Notes: generated by a model not told the origin, from the letters alone. A stretch of 64,000 bases of DNA from an uncultured Actinomycetes bacterium (GCA_903892635.1 CAITJH010000017.1:50909-114908), one strand, 5' to 3'. Positions 49,835-59,706 are shown, counted from the stretch's first letter. A program made the numbers and translations.

Positions 49835-50499
49835 GCGGTATCCCTTCGGGTGTGTGGTACCAAGGTCGTGCAAACTGGTGATCCTGCGGCTATCGTCGCA
49901 AGGCGGGTGACGTGTACTCCGGTGAGTTGTGAAAATGCTTCGGTCTCTGCCTTGCACACATTTGGAAATTCGGCGGCCACATCACCCATTGGGCAGTGAT
50001 GCTGCGAGATTTGAGTCGAACCACCAAGTCCTGGAGTGACGACAGCAGCAAAGCCTTCGGCATTAAGAGCATCTACGAGTGCTAGCGCACGCCCCTCGAT
50101 TGATGCGTGTTCTGCGATGTCACTGTGTCGCTGAACAAAATCCTGCGAAATTTGTTCGGCAAACGCATTGACTGAGTCTGGACCTGCCACTGTGGCCATA
50201 AATTTCACTGCAGCCACTGCAAGTGAATCTTCGTGGGCACCAAACTTGGACTTACCTAGTGGCGTGAGACTAAAAACTCGAGCAGGACGCCCGCGACCTC
50301 GGGGTCCAGCCAATGCTGCTGGACCATACGGCGCGCGTTCTGAGGCTTCGACAAAACCTTGTTCAATCAACGAATCAAGAGTCTTACGAATGGCTGTACC
50401 GGTATGTCCTAATTCATCGGCGATAGTCACGGCCGTTGACGGTCCAAGGGTCAGCAATACCCGTGCCACATTGGCTGCTGCTGATCCATTGAATTTCAC
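49831..50499 (-). CDS. sufR: ArsR/DeoR-like HTH regulator of the suf operon (SufR-like)
   Basis: 222 aa. N-terminal winged HTH ([32 protein letters not shown]). C-terminal domain has three Cys (HHCP, NVCK, SPVC). It is the first gene of the suf cluster. Confidence 0.7.
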   Translation of the reverse strand: MKFNGSAAANVARVLLTLGPSTAVTIADELGHTGTAIRKTLDSLIEQGFVEASERAPYGPAALAGPRGRGRPARVFSLTPLGKSKFGAHEDSLAVAAVKFMATVAGPDSVNAFAEQISQDFVQRHSDIAEHASIEGRALALVDALNAEGFAAVVTPGLGGSTQISQHHCPMGDVAAEFPNVCKAETEAFSQLTGVHVTRLATIAAGSPVCTTLVPHTRRDTA

Positions 50500-50512
50500 A
50501 ACCTTATTGTTG
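50499..50512. promoter_or_regulatory. CAAC-N6-GTTG inverted repeat abutting the sufR start codon (candidate SufR operator, weak)
   Basis: The sequence CAACCTTATTGTTG spans 50499-50512 in the 62-nt sufR/ctaA divergent intergenic region. The half-sites are only 4 bp, so chance occurrence is plausible. Confidence 0.25.
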
Positions 50513-50561
50513 CGTATTTCCGTGGTATTCGCACATTGAGGGTTACCTCTAGGCTAGAAAC

Positions 50562-51431
50562 GTGCTAAAACCTTGGAAAACCCGCATTTTGCAGGCGAAC
50601 TTAGTCGCTCAGACCCTCATTGTTTTTACCGGTGCAGTGGTTCGAGTCACGTCCAGCGGATTGGGGTGTCCAACGTGGCCCGAATGTGTGGCCGGCTCAA
50701 TTACTCCTACATCTGCCCAGACGCAGGCTTGGCATAAATACGTCGAGTTCGGAAATCGTCTACTTACTTTTGTGCTGGTCGCTGTCGCAATCGCAACGAT
50801 TTTCGCAATGCGCAACGAACGTTCATCACTGCGCAAGCTTTCGTGGGGATCGCTTGTAGGAATTTTTGCTCAAGCAATTCTCGGAGGCATCTCTGTCCTC
50901 ACCCACCTGAACCCGCTCGTCGTGGCAGCACACTTCTTGCTCAGCATTGGCTTGATTACTGTCGCACGAATCCTGCTCTGGCGAAGTCATGAAAGTTCGG
51001 ATGAACCTCGACGACTTGCAGTCCATCCCATGGTTGCTCTGGGAGTTCGCTTGCATACTGTGTTGGCGCTTGTCATCATTCTCGTCGGAACGTTAGTCAC
51101 AGGAACGGGACCTCATGCAGGCGATAGTGCTGACATCACTCGCCTACCTTTTGATCCGCAAATGATCTCGTGGTTGCACGCAGACATAGTTGTCTTATTT
51201 ATCGGTCTTACTATTGGCCTGTACATTGCACTTCGAGCAACGCAAGCGCCGACTCGAGCCATTCGTGGCGCCGTAGAAGTTCTCGGTGTGAGCGCACTGC
51301 AAGGCTTAATTGGCTATTCACAATACTTTTTGAATTTGCCATGGGCACTTGTGGCACTTCATGTACTCGGAGCTTGCCTGCTTTGGATTGTCTCGCTCGG
51401 TTTGAGATTGAGTATTTACGTTCGCGATTAA
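50562..51431 (+). CDS. ctaA: Haem A synthase (COX15/CtaA family)
   Basis: 289 aa polytopic membrane protein with paired Cys (GLGCPTWPEC) and conserved His in TM helices. Convergent with ctaB. Confidence 0.75.
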   Translation: MLKPWKTRILQANLVAQTLIVFTGAVVRVTSSGLGCPTWPECVAGSITPTSAQTQAWHKYVEFGNRLLTFVLVAVAIATIFAMRNERSSLRKLSWGSLVGIFAQAILGGISVLTHLNPLVVAAHFLLSIGLITVARILLWRSHESSDEPRRLAVHPMVALGVRLHTVLALVIILVGTLVTGTGPHAGDSADITRLPFDPQMISWLHADIVVLFIGLTIGLYIALRATQAPTRAIRGAVEVLGVSALQGLIGYSQYFLNLPWALVALHVLGACLLWIVSLGLRLSIYVRD

Positions 51432-52363
51432 TGTACGAAGGGATCTAATCCCACCGCAAGAAATAACAGTGCAAGGTAACTGATGGAGAAATGAAAGAGT
51501 CGCATCGGAGCTAAGTCGCTGAGTTCCTTACGAACGCGGGTGCGAAGTGCATATGCTTCCCAGATAAAAGCAGCACCGAGGATGATGCTGGCTCCTGAAT
51601 ACAACCAACCTGTATGCGCCACAGGAATGAGCGCTAACGAAGTGAGCACCATAAGCCACGAGTAAAAAATAATGTGGCGAGTCACAGTCATAGGTTCTTC
51701 TTCGACCGGAAGCATCGGCACGCCAGCTCGTGCGTAGTCTTCCTTGTACCGCAATGACAATGGCCAGTAATGCGGTGGCGTCCAAAAGAAAACGATGAGA
51801 AACAAAATGACCGGAGCCCAGTCGAGCGAGTTACGAACGGCAGACCAACCAATGAGTACTGGCATGCATCCTGCTGCGCCACCCCACACAATGTTTTGGC
51901 TAGTGCGACGCTTCAAGATCAACGTATATCCGAACACATAAAAAATAATTGCCAAACCAGCTAATTGAGCCGACAATGCGTTCACCGTAATGAAAAGCAC
52001 CGAGATTGAGAGCAGAGACAGCACTATGCCAAAAATAATTGTGTTGCGTCCGGAAATCTGACCTGTAGCCGACGGACGATGCATTGTGCGATGCATTAAA
52101 GCATCAATATCTCGATCGATAAAACAATTCAGGACATTTGCTCCACCAGCGGCAAGCGTGCCGCCAACTAGTGTCCAGCAGACAGTGGCTAGATCTGGAA
52201 ATCCATTCGCCGCCAAGAACATGGTCGGAATCGTGGTCACTAAGAGAAGCTCAATAATGCGCGGTTTTGTCAGAGCCAAATACGCTCGCCACGTAGCAAG
52301 AGGTTTCACCTCGGCTGGCACGGAAACTGACACAACGGCAAGCCTACCTGCGCCCAGCGCCAT
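51428..52363 (-). CDS. ctaB: Protohaem IX farnesyltransferase (haem O synthase)
   Basis: UbiA-family motifs (YLALTKPRIIELLL, NCFIDRDID). I prefer the ATG at 52363. The ORF-track start at 52429 would overlap the tkt start. Confidence 0.85.
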   Translation of the reverse strand: MALGAGRLAVVSVSVPAEVKPLATWRAYLALTKPRIIELLLVTTIPTMFLAANGFPDLATVCWTLVGGTLAAGGANVLNCFIDRDIDALMHRTMHRPSATGQISGRNTIIFGIVLSLLSISVLFITVNALSAQLAGLAIIFYVFGYTLILKRRTSQNIVWGGAAGCMPVLIGWSAVRNSLDWAPVILFLIVFFWTPPHYWPLSLRYKEDYARAGVPMLPVEEEPMTVTRHIIFYSWLMVLTSLALIPVAHTGWLYSGASIILGAAFIWEAYALRTRVRKELSDLAPMRLFHFSISYLALLFLAVGLDPFVH

Positions 52364-52394
52364 AGCGCGTTGGGCACTAGATACGATTAATAAT

Positions 52395-54443
52395 GTGAGC
52401 GAATTCTCTTGGTCCCCTATTGATGACAAGGCTGTCGTTACAGCCCGATGCCTAGCTATGGACAGTGTCCAAAAAGTAGGAAATGGTCACCCTGGTACTG
52501 CGATGAGCCTTGCGCCTGTTGCCTACCTACTATTTCAAAAGTTTTTGCGTCATGACCCAAGTGATCCCCACTGGATCGGTCGCGATCGTTTCGTCTTGTC
52601 AAACGGTCACAGCAGTCTCACGCTTTATATTCAGCTCTACTTGTCGGGTTACTCACTCACGCTTGATGACCTCAAGTCATTCCGAACTTGGGACAGCCTG
52701 ACGCCCGGTCACCCCGAATTTGGTCACACCGCAGGTGTTGAAGTAACAACTGGCCCATTGGGTACGGGCCTTGCAACAGCAGTTGGCATGGCAATGGAAT
52801 CCCGTTACGTTCGCGGCTTGCTCGATAACGACGCACCCGCAGGAACAAGTCCTTTTGACCATCGCATTTGGGTCATTGCTGGAGACGGTTGCTTACAGGA
52901 AGGCATCACGGCCGAAGCATCGTCACTTGCAGGACATCAAGAGCTCGGAAACTTAGTTGTCATTTACGACGACAACCACATCTCAATCGAAGGCGATACT
53001 GCCGTTTCGTTCAGCGAGGATGTTCTTGCTCGTTACGCGGCTTACGGCTGGAACATTGATCACGTCGATATGGCTGCTGATGGAAGCGTCGACGCCAACG
53101 CACTTGATGCCGCGCTCACTCGTGTCTCAGCAATTACTGATCGACCGTCAATCGTTAGAGTCCGCAACATTATTGGTTGGCCAGCACCTCACTTGCAAAA
53201 CACTGGCAAGGTTCACGGCTCGGCGTTAGGCGATGCTGAAATTGCCGCAACTAAAGCGCTTCTTGGCGCGAATCCTGACGCAACCTTTGACGTGTCGGAT
53301 GAGGTAATTGCTCATACCCAGTCTGTTCGTCATCGTGGCGCAGCCCTTCACACACAGTGGCAAGCAACATTCAATGAATGGGAGGCACGCAACCCTGATG
53401 GTGCGGCATTACTCACTCGCCTTCGCAACCGTGAACTGCCCGCAGAGTGGAATGCTGACGTTCCAGTATTCGAAGCAGGCACTCAGGTGGCGACTCGTAA
53501 GGCTTCAGGTGACGTCATTAATGCACTGGCAGCGCGCCTGCCTGAATTTTGGGGTGGCTCGGCCGACCTCGGCGAAAGCAATCTGACCACCATTGAACAC
53601 GGCGACTCGTTCTTGCCAGCCTCGAGCACGATGCCGAATGCAAGCACACACGGGCGCATCATTCACTTTGGTATTCGTGAATTCGCCATGGGCGCTGCGT
53701 TAAACGGAATGGCTTTATCTGGTCTCACTCGCTCTTTCGGCGGAACTTTCATGGTGTTCAGTGACTTCATGCGCGGTGCCGTGCGACTAGCTGCACTCAT
53801 GAAGTTGCCAGTTACTTACGTATGGACGCATGACTCAATCGGTGTTGGTGAAGACGGACCAACACATCAACCTGTTGAGCATCTATGGGCCCTTCGCGCT
53901 ATTCCGGGACTTGATATTGTTCGACCAGCCGATGCCAACGAAACTGCTGCTGTATGGCAGATCGCAATTCAGCGCAAGAATCCTGTTGGATTAGTGTTGT
54001 CCCGCCAGAACTTGCCCGTCATCGATTCATCATTGACCGCCGACACACATGTCGTCAGTCGAGGTGCCTACGTACTCGCCGAGGCTTCTGCCGCCCCTCA
54101 AGCAATTGTTATCGCAACTGGCTCTGAGGTTTCCATCGCACTAGCTGCCCGCGAGGAACTGGAAGCATCTGGAATTCCAACTCGCGTAGTTTCTGCGCCG
54201 TGCTTGGAGTGGTTTGATGAACAATCCAGCGACTACCGCGAATCAGTTCTCCCACGCTCCGTCACAGCGCGAGTAAGTATCGAGGCCGGTATCGCGCAAG
54301 GCTGGTGGAAATACGTCGGAACCGATGGAGCCTGCGTATCGCTGGAGCATTTCGGTGCTTCAGCTGGAGCTGCAAAGCTATACGAAGAATTCGGCATTAC
54401 ATCCAGTGCTGTAGTCAAGGCAGTACAAGGTTTGGTGAAGTAA
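52395..54443 (+). CDS. tkt: Transketolase
   Basis: 682 aa from GTG 52395. Motifs [19 protein letters not shown] and GEDGPTHQP. The ORF-track start at 52086 adds 103 aa antisense to ctaB, with no Tkt similarity. Confidence 0.9.
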   Translation: MSEFSWSPIDDKAVVTARCLAMDSVQKVGNGHPGTAMSLAPVAYLLFQKFLRHDPSDPHWIGRDRFVLSNGHSSLTLYIQLYLSGYSLTLDDLKSFRTWDSLTPGHPEFGHTAGVEVTTGPLGTGLATAVGMAMESRYVRGLLDNDAPAGTSPFDHRIWVIAGDGCLQEGITAEASSLAGHQELGNLVVIYDDNHISIEGDTAVSFSEDVLARYAAYGWNIDHVDMAADGSVDANALDAALTRVSAITDRPSIVRVRNIIGWPAPHLQNTGKVHGSALGDAEIAATKALLGANPDATFDVSDEVIAHTQSVRHRGAALHTQWQATFNEWEARNPDGAALLTRLRNRELPAEWNADVPVFEAGTQVATRKASGDVINALAARLPEFWGGSADLGESNLTTIEHGDSFLPASSTMPNASTHGRIIHFGIREFAMGAALNGMALSGLTRSFGGTFMVFSDFMRGAVRLAALMKLPVTYVWTHDSIGVGEDGPTHQPVEHLWALRAIPGLDIVRPADANETAAVWQIAIQRKNPVGLVLSRQNLPVIDSSLTADTHVVSRGAYVLAEASAAPQAIVIATGSEVSIALAAREELEASGIPTRVVSAPCLEWFDEQSSDYRESVLPRSVTARVSIEAGIAQGWWKYVGTDGACVSLEHFGASAGAAKLYEEFGITSSAVVKAVQGLVK

Positions 54444-55540
54444 TGAGCGTTCTTGATGAACTCAGCCAGATAGGCGTTTCGATTTGGCTCGATGACCTCG
54501 ATCGTCATCGTATTGAATCGGGAAATTTAGCGAACCTCATTGCTTCTCACTGCGTCGTAGGTGTGACAACAAATCCCAGTATTTTCGAAAAGGCCCTGAC
54601 CTCTGGTGTTGCCGAATACGCGCCACAGCTTGCGCAGCTCAAAGGAAGCGATGTCGACACAGCTGTCAAAGCACTAACGATTCACGATGTGCAAGCTGCT
54701 TGCGATATTTTTCATGAGACATGGGTGAACAGCAATGGTGTTGACGGTCGAGTCTCACTAGAAGTTGACCCTCGTCTGGCTCACGACACTAAGGCAACCA
54801 TCGCTCAGGCGCGTGAACTATGGGCAGCAGTTGATCGCAAGAACTTGATGATCAAAATTCCTGCAACTCTCGCGGGCGTGCCTGCGATCACTCAAGTCAT
54901 CGGTAGCGGAATCAGCGTCAACGTCACATTGATCTTTTCAGTTGAGCGCTATCGCGATGTCATGAATGCTTGGCTTGAGGGCCTTGAATTAGCGCAATCA
55001 AATGGGCATGACTTAGCCACAATCGAATCGGTCGCTTCATTTTTCGTTTCACGAGTCGATGCGCAGGTTGATAAAGAACTTGACGCTCTTGGAACACAAC
55101 AAGCACAATCACTTCGCGGCAAAGCAGCAATTGCAAATGCTCAACTAGCATGGGCCGCCTTTGTTGACACAACACAACAGTCACGCTGGACGGCTTTAAG
55201 TGAGCAAGGTGCCCATGTGCAGCGCCCGCTGTGGGCATCAACCGGTGTCAAAGATCCGACTTACGACGACACTCGGTATGTCATCGAACTCGCGGCACCA
55301 GGATGTGTCAACACCATGCCCGAATCTACATTGAATGCTGTCGCCGATCATGGAGTATCCCGAGGTGACACAGTCACGGGAAGCGCCATTTCTGCTCAAC
55401 AAGTGTGGGACGAATTAGCGACTATTGGCATCGATCGAATTGCTATATGTGAGCATCTTGAAAAAGACGGTGTTGCGAAATTCATCGATGCTTGGAATCA
55501 ACTTCTTACTTCCTTGTCAGAAACGTTGGCCGAGATCTAG
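54443..55540 (+). CDS. tal: Transaldolase (long actinobacterial type)
   Basis: 365 aa from ATG 54443, which overlaps the tkt stop as TAATG. Motifs VTTNPSIF and MIKIPAT (Schiff-base Lys). Confidence 0.9.
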   Translation: MSVLDELSQIGVSIWLDDLDRHRIESGNLANLIASHCVVGVTTNPSIFEKALTSGVAEYAPQLAQLKGSDVDTAVKALTIHDVQAACDIFHETWVNSNGVDGRVSLEVDPRLAHDTKATIAQARELWAAVDRKNLMIKIPATLAGVPAITQVIGSGISVNVTLIFSVERYRDVMNAWLEGLELAQSNGHDLATIESVASFFVSRVDAQVDKELDALGTQQAQSLRGKAAIANAQLAWAAFVDTTQQSRWTALSEQGAHVQRPLWASTGVKDPTYDDTRYVIELAAPGCVNTMPESTLNAVADHGVSRGDTVTGSAISAQQVWDELATIGIDRIAICEHLEKDGVAKFIDAWNQLLTSLSETLAEI

Positions 55541-57057
55541 TGACTAATCCTCTGCGCTCCCCCGACGATCGGCGCCTGCCGCGCGTTGCCGGGCCTTGCA
55601 GTTTGGTGATCTTTGGTGTCACCGGAGATCTAGCTCGCAAAAAAGTTATGCCAGCAATTTACGATCTAGCCAACCGAGGACTTTTACCGCCAGGTTTTGC
55701 ATTAGTTGGTTTTGCCCGCCGAGATTGGGACAAACAGGATTTCGCTCAGATTGTTCATGATTCAGTGCGCGAACACTCCCGAACTGAGTTTCGCGAAGAT
55801 GTCTGGCAACAACTAGCCGAAGGCATTCGATTCGTCGCAGGTGATCTCACAAGCGAAGAGTCCTTTGATGAACTACGACGAGTAGTTGATGAGTTGGATC
55901 AAACTCGCGGCACGCGGGGCAACCATGGGTTCTACTTGTCTATCCCGCCAAGCATGTTTCCAGTCGTCATCGAACAATTGAAACGATCAGGATTAGCACA
56001 AAGTACAAAAGACGCATGGCGACGTGTGGTCATCGAAAAGCCTTTTGGTCACGATGCCAAGTCCGCACGTGAATTGAATAATGTGATCGCCGGTGTATTC
56101 CCCAGTGGTTCAGTATTTCGCATTGACCACTACTTGGGTAAAGAAACTGTTCAAAACATGATGGCGATTCGCTTTGCCAATAATTTGTATGAGCCAATTT
56201 GGAACTCGAACTACGTTGATCACGTACAAATCACAATGGCAGAAGATATTGGAATCGCAGGACGTGCTGGCTATTACGACGGTATCGGAGCGGCGCGCGA
56301 TGTGATTCAAAATCACCTACTGCAGTTGGTTGCTCTCACTGCCATGGAAGAACCAACGTCACTTCAGGCTGATGCAGTTCGTATTGAAAAAGAGAAGATC
56401 TTGGCATCGATCAAACTTCCTCGCGATATCGAAAAACATTCGGCACGCGGTCAATATGCAGCTGGATGGCAAGGTGGCGTGGAAGTTCGTGGCTACCTCC
56501 AAGAAGAAGGAATTAATCCTTACTCAACAACCGAAACTTTTGCAGCAGTTCGGCTCGACATCGATAACCGACGCTGGGCGGGCGTTCCGTTTTATGTACG
56601 AACTGGCAAGCGACTTGGACGGCGCGTCACTGAAGTCGCTGTTGTTTTCAAAAAAGTACCTCGACAATTGTTCAGCCCGTCTTCGACGCAAGAGTTGAGT
56701 AACAACGCTGTTGTTTTTCGGATTCAGCCTGATGAAGGCATGACAGTGCGATTTGGTTCAAAGGTTCCCGGCACTTCACTCGAAGTACGCGATGTATCCA
56801 TGGACTTTGCCTATGGTGACTCATTTACTGAAGCGAGTCCCGAGGCCTACGAGCGGCTGATTTTGGACGTACTGCTGGGCGACCCACCGCTGTTTCCTCG
56901 TCATGAAGAAGTGAACTTGCAGTGGCAGATTCTTGATCCAATCTTAGAACGCTGGGACAAAAAAGGACAGCCGGAACAATACGCAAGTGGCGGTTGGGGT
57001 CCGCAAAGTGCCTACGACATGATGAAGCGCGACGGCAGAATGTGGCGACGACCATGA
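55540..57057 (+). CDS. zwf: Glucose-6-phosphate dehydrogenase
   Basis: 505 aa from GTG 55540, which overlaps the tal stop as TAGTG. Motifs FGVTGDLARKK, EKPFG and RIDHYLGKE. Confidence 0.9.
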   Translation: MTNPLRSPDDRRLPRVAGPCSLVIFGVTGDLARKKVMPAIYDLANRGLLPPGFALVGFARRDWDKQDFAQIVHDSVREHSRTEFREDVWQQLAEGIRFVAGDLTSEESFDELRRVVDELDQTRGTRGNHGFYLSIPPSMFPVVIEQLKRSGLAQSTKDAWRRVVIEKPFGHDAKSARELNNVIAGVFPSGSVFRIDHYLGKETVQNMMAIRFANNLYEPIWNSNYVDHVQITMAEDIGIAGRAGYYDGIGAARDVIQNHLLQLVALTAMEEPTSLQADAVRIEKEKILASIKLPRDIEKHSARGQYAAGWQGGVEVRGYLQEEGINPYSTTETFAAVRLDIDNRRWAGVPFYVRTGKRLGRRVTEVAVVFKKVPRQLFSPSSTQELSNNAVVFRIQPDEGMTVRFGSKVPGTSLEVRDVSMDFAYGDSFTEASPEAYERLILDVLLGDPPLFPRHEEVNLQWQILDPILERWDKKGQPEQYASGGWGPQSAYDMMKRDGRMWRRP

Positions 57058-57974
57058 TCACATTGACCAATACTCAGGCAAACGAAGTCGCGGCCTCGAT
57101 CAATGAAGAACGCCGCCGTATGGGCAGCCCTGCCGTCGGTATGGTTCTCACACTTTTGGTCATTACAGATGAACTCAACCAAGCAGATGCACTTGCTGCA
57201 GCAAGTCAGGCTGCACGTGAACATCCAATGCGCGTCATTGGGCTGATTGAACGTCCTGGACGCGAAGCTGCCCGACTTGATGCGCAAGTGATGGTCGGTG
57301 GCGATGACGGACCAGGTGAACTGATTGCTTGCCGTTTGCATGGCGAACTAGCCAAACATGCTGGCTCTGTTGCTATCCCCCTCTTGCTATCAGATACTCC
57401 CGTGGTTGCGTGGTGGCCATCTCATGGCCCTCGGCGCCCGTCGTCTGATCACATCGGTAGCCATGCGCAGCGCCGAATTACCGATACGTTTGCGGATGCC
57501 CGCTACCTTGAGGAACTCGCGGCTCGTCTCGAGAACTACGCACCAGGCGATACAGATTTAGCGTGGACTAGAACTACTCCTTGGCGTTCACTCCTTGCTG
57601 CAGCACTTGATCAGCCTGTTGGCAAAGTAATTGAGGCTCACGTTCAAGTCCAGAGCCGAAATCCCAGTGGAGTGTTGCTCGCTGGATGGCTGCAACAACG
57701 GTTGCACGTACCCACGCGAATCTCCCACGGCAAGAATCCAGGAATCAACAAGGTTGTTCTGGCAACAACTAAAGGCGAAGTGAAGATCTCCAGGCCCGAT
57801 GGTCGAGTGGCGCAACTTGAAGTGCCAGGTATGCCGCCATCGACAGTCTCGCTTCCTCGGCGAACTCTTGCTGAACTTCTTGCTGAGGAATTGCGCCGAC
57901 TAGATTCTGATGAAATTTACCTACAGGCACTTCGTGGGGTGCAACATATTTTGCACCCAGAGATAAAGAAATGA
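57054..57974 (+). CDS. opcA: Glucose-6-phosphate dehydrogenase assembly protein OpcA
   Basis: 306 aa from ATG 57054, with an ATGA overlap with zwf. Canonical position between zwf and pgl. Motif DTPVVAWWP. Confidence 0.8.
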   Translation: MITLTNTQANEVAASINEERRRMGSPAVGMVLTLLVITDELNQADALAAASQAAREHPMRVIGLIERPGREAARLDAQVMVGGDDGPGELIACRLHGELAKHAGSVAIPLLLSDTPVVAWWPSHGPRRPSSDHIGSHAQRRITDTFADARYLEELAARLENYAPGDTDLAWTRTTPWRSLLAAALDQPVGKVIEAHVQVQSRNPSGVLLAGWLQQRLHVPTRISHGKNPGINKVVLATTKGEVKISRPDGRVAQLEVPGMPPSTVSLPRRTLAELLAEELRRLDSDEIYLQALRGVQHILHPEIKK

Positions 57975-58648
57975 TCGTCGAGCATTCAACAGATCCTGTC
58001 GGAAACTTGATTGCCGAAGTAATCAAGTTCGTTGATCAGCAGCCAACAGGAGACATACACATTTCGCTTACTGGTGGTCGTTCTGGCGACACCATCACGC
58101 ATACTCTTATTGATCAACTAAGAGACAACTCTCGAATTCATTTCTGGTGGAGTGACGAACGATTTGTCCCAACAAATGATCCCGAAAGAACAGCTCCGAC
58201 TATCAATTCCGCCGACTACTCGTGTCACTTTCATGCGATACCTAGTTCGGATGAAAGTTCTTCAGCTCAAGAATGCGCTGTGACCTATTCTGAGACTTTG
58301 CACAAAACTCTGACATCACGATTTTGTAGCGATAACACACTCATGGACATTTGTATTTTAAGTGTTGGTCCTGACGGCCACATTGCTTCGCTTTTTCCAC
58401 ACCACGCGGCGCTTGATAGTGCTCTTGGCGTAGTTGCGATTTCAGATAGCCCAAAGCCACCATCGCAACGAGTCACGTGGACTTTTCACACCATCAATGC
58501 CTCGAGGCAAGTCTGGCTACTTGCAACTGGGGACGAGAAGCGAGCCGCAGTTGCAGCAATCCAGGCTCAGGCCGATTTTCACGACATTCCGGCAGCAGGA
58601 GCAACTGGCAAGACATCGACACGCCTTTTTACCGACATCGCTAATTAA
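57971..58648 (+). CDS. pgl: 6-phosphogluconolactonase
   Basis: 225 aa. Motifs SLTGGRSG, WWSDERFVP and GPDGHIASLFP. ATGA overlap with opcA. Confidence 0.85.
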   Translation: MIVEHSTDPVGNLIAEVIKFVDQQPTGDIHISLTGGRSGDTITHTLIDQLRDNSRIHFWWSDERFVPTNDPERTAPTINSADYSCHFHAIPSSDESSSAQECAVTYSETLHKTLTSRFCSDNTLMDICILSVGPDGHIASLFPHHAALDSALGVVAISDSPKPPSQRVTWTFHTINASRQVWLLATGDEKRAAVAAIQAQADFHDIPAAGATGKTSTRLFTDIAN

Positions 58649-58703
58649 TTCACATCCGCGAGTTACCCCCACCCCAGATGACGATCTAACGCACAATCAC
58701 GCC

Positions 58704-58718
58704 CAACATTCAATGTTG
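58704..58718. promoter_or_regulatory. 15-bp perfect palindrome CAACATT-C-AATGTTG, ending 4 nt upstream of the EXORDIUM-like gene start
   Basis: Read directly from the sequence. It occupies the position where an RBS would be expected, and no Shine-Dalgarno sequence is visible. Confidence 0.45.
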
Positions 58719-58722
58719 CGTA

Positions 58723-59661
58723 ATGAAAACTATTACATCCTTCATAGCAGTTTGCTCTACCGTGTTTACTCTAGGTTTTCTCGGAGCACCTGCTCACGCA
58801 GCAAACAGCACCGCAACCAGGCCTGTTACCCCGATAACTCACATGAAAAATCCTGCACTTGCTCGAACTCAATCTGCTCGTCCCGCAAATTCAGTTCCCT
58901 CAACGACATTTGCCTACCACGGCGGACCAGTCATGACCGAGCCAGTAAATCTCTATGTGATTTGGTACGGCCAATGGCCATCACTTTCGCGAAAAAAACC
59001 CGTTGTTCAACGCGTGCTACGCACTTTAGGTCAATCAACCTATTTCGGGATCAATACTGCCTATACCCAATCAAACGGAAAGCACGTCACACATACTGTT
59101 CACCTAGCTGCCGAAACAGTTGATGCATATTCCTCAGGAAAGGTACTTCAAGATGCGAGTGTCGCAACGATTGTGGGTCGGAACATTTCATCCACGCCCA
59201 GCTTTCGAACGAATGCGAATACTGCCGATAAGAATGGGATTTACATTGTTATCTCATCAAGCGACGTGCGCAATACATCAGGATTCTTAACAACCTACTG
59301 CGGGTGGCACTCATCTGGAACTATGGGAAATATTGTCACAAAATTTATATTTGCAGGAGATCCCTCGGCCAACCTCATAGTCTGTGCACCACCCACGAAC
59401 CGAGATCACTCGCCAAATGATTATCCAGGGATGGATGCCGCAGCCAGCACGATCGCTCACGAAATCAGCGAGACGGTCACGGACCCAGAGTTAAATGCTT
59501 GGTTCGATGATAATCACATGGAAAACGCGGACCTATGTGCTTGGCAGTACGGAAAAACATATTCAACGAATCAAGCGCAAGCAAATCTACAATTCGAATG
59601 GCGCGATTACTTGATTCAAGAAAATTGGAATCTCACTACCCATTCGTGTTCGCTGAATTAA
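58723..59661 (+). CDS. Secreted EXORDIUM / phosphate-induced protein 1 (PHI-1, Phi_1 domain) family protein
   Basis: 312 aa with a Sec signal peptide (...FLGAPAHA/AN). Blocks are collinear with plant EXO as I remember it: FAYHGGPVM..VNLYVIWYGQW; IYIVISSSDV...GF...YCGWHS; FIFAGDP...VCAP; PNDYPGMDAAASTIAHEISETVTDP; ADLCAWQYG; SCS at the C-terminus. Confidence 0.75.
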   Translation: MKTITSFIAVCSTVFTLGFLGAPAHAANSTATRPVTPITHMKNPALARTQSARPANSVPSTTFAYHGGPVMTEPVNLYVIWYGQWPSLSRKKPVVQRVLRTLGQSTYFGINTAYTQSNGKHVTHTVHLAAETVDAYSSGKVLQDASVATIVGRNISSTPSFRTNANTADKNGIYIVISSSDVRNTSGFLTTYCGWHSSGTMGNIVTKFIFAGDPSANLIVCAPPTNRDHSPNDYPGMDAAASTIAHEISETVTDPELNAWFDDNHMENADLCAWQYGKTYSTNQAQANLQFEWRDYLIQENWNLTTHSCSLN

Positions 59662-59674
59662 CTCTCAACATAGC

Positions 59675-59706
59675 GAAAGCCTCTCACTCAAGAGTGAGAG
59701 GCTTTC
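59675..59706. terminator. 14-bp stem / 4-nt loop hairpin between convergent genes (candidate bidirectional terminator)
   Basis: GAAAGCCTCTCACT-CAAG-AGTGAGAGGCTTTC. The T/A runs lie within the stem ends and no long U-tract follows. Confidence 0.5.

Noticed and set aside
49835-49957. 41-aa N-terminal extension of sufB
   Set aside because: It lies inside sufR in another frame. The ATG at 49834 forms an ATGA overlap with the sufR stop and gives the conserved SufB N-terminus.
52086-52394. 103-aa N-terminal extension of the transketolase ORF
   Set aside because: The extension is antisense to the ctaB 5' region and shows no Tkt similarity. An in-frame GTG at 52395 yields a normal-length Tkt N-terminus.
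54305-57053. N-terminal extensions of the tal (from 54305), zwf (from 55492) and opcA (from 56994) ORFs
   Set aside because: Each extension lies inside the preceding gene in another frame. In each case an ATG or GTG overlaps the upstream stop codon and gives the canonical N-terminus (MSVLDELS.., VTNPLRSP.., MITLTNTQ..).
58434-59123. 229-aa + strand ORF spanning the pgl end and the EXORDIUM-like gene start
   Set aside because: Its translation is a low-complexity R/S/H/C-rich out-of-frame product that overlaps two well-supported genes. It is a shadow ORF.
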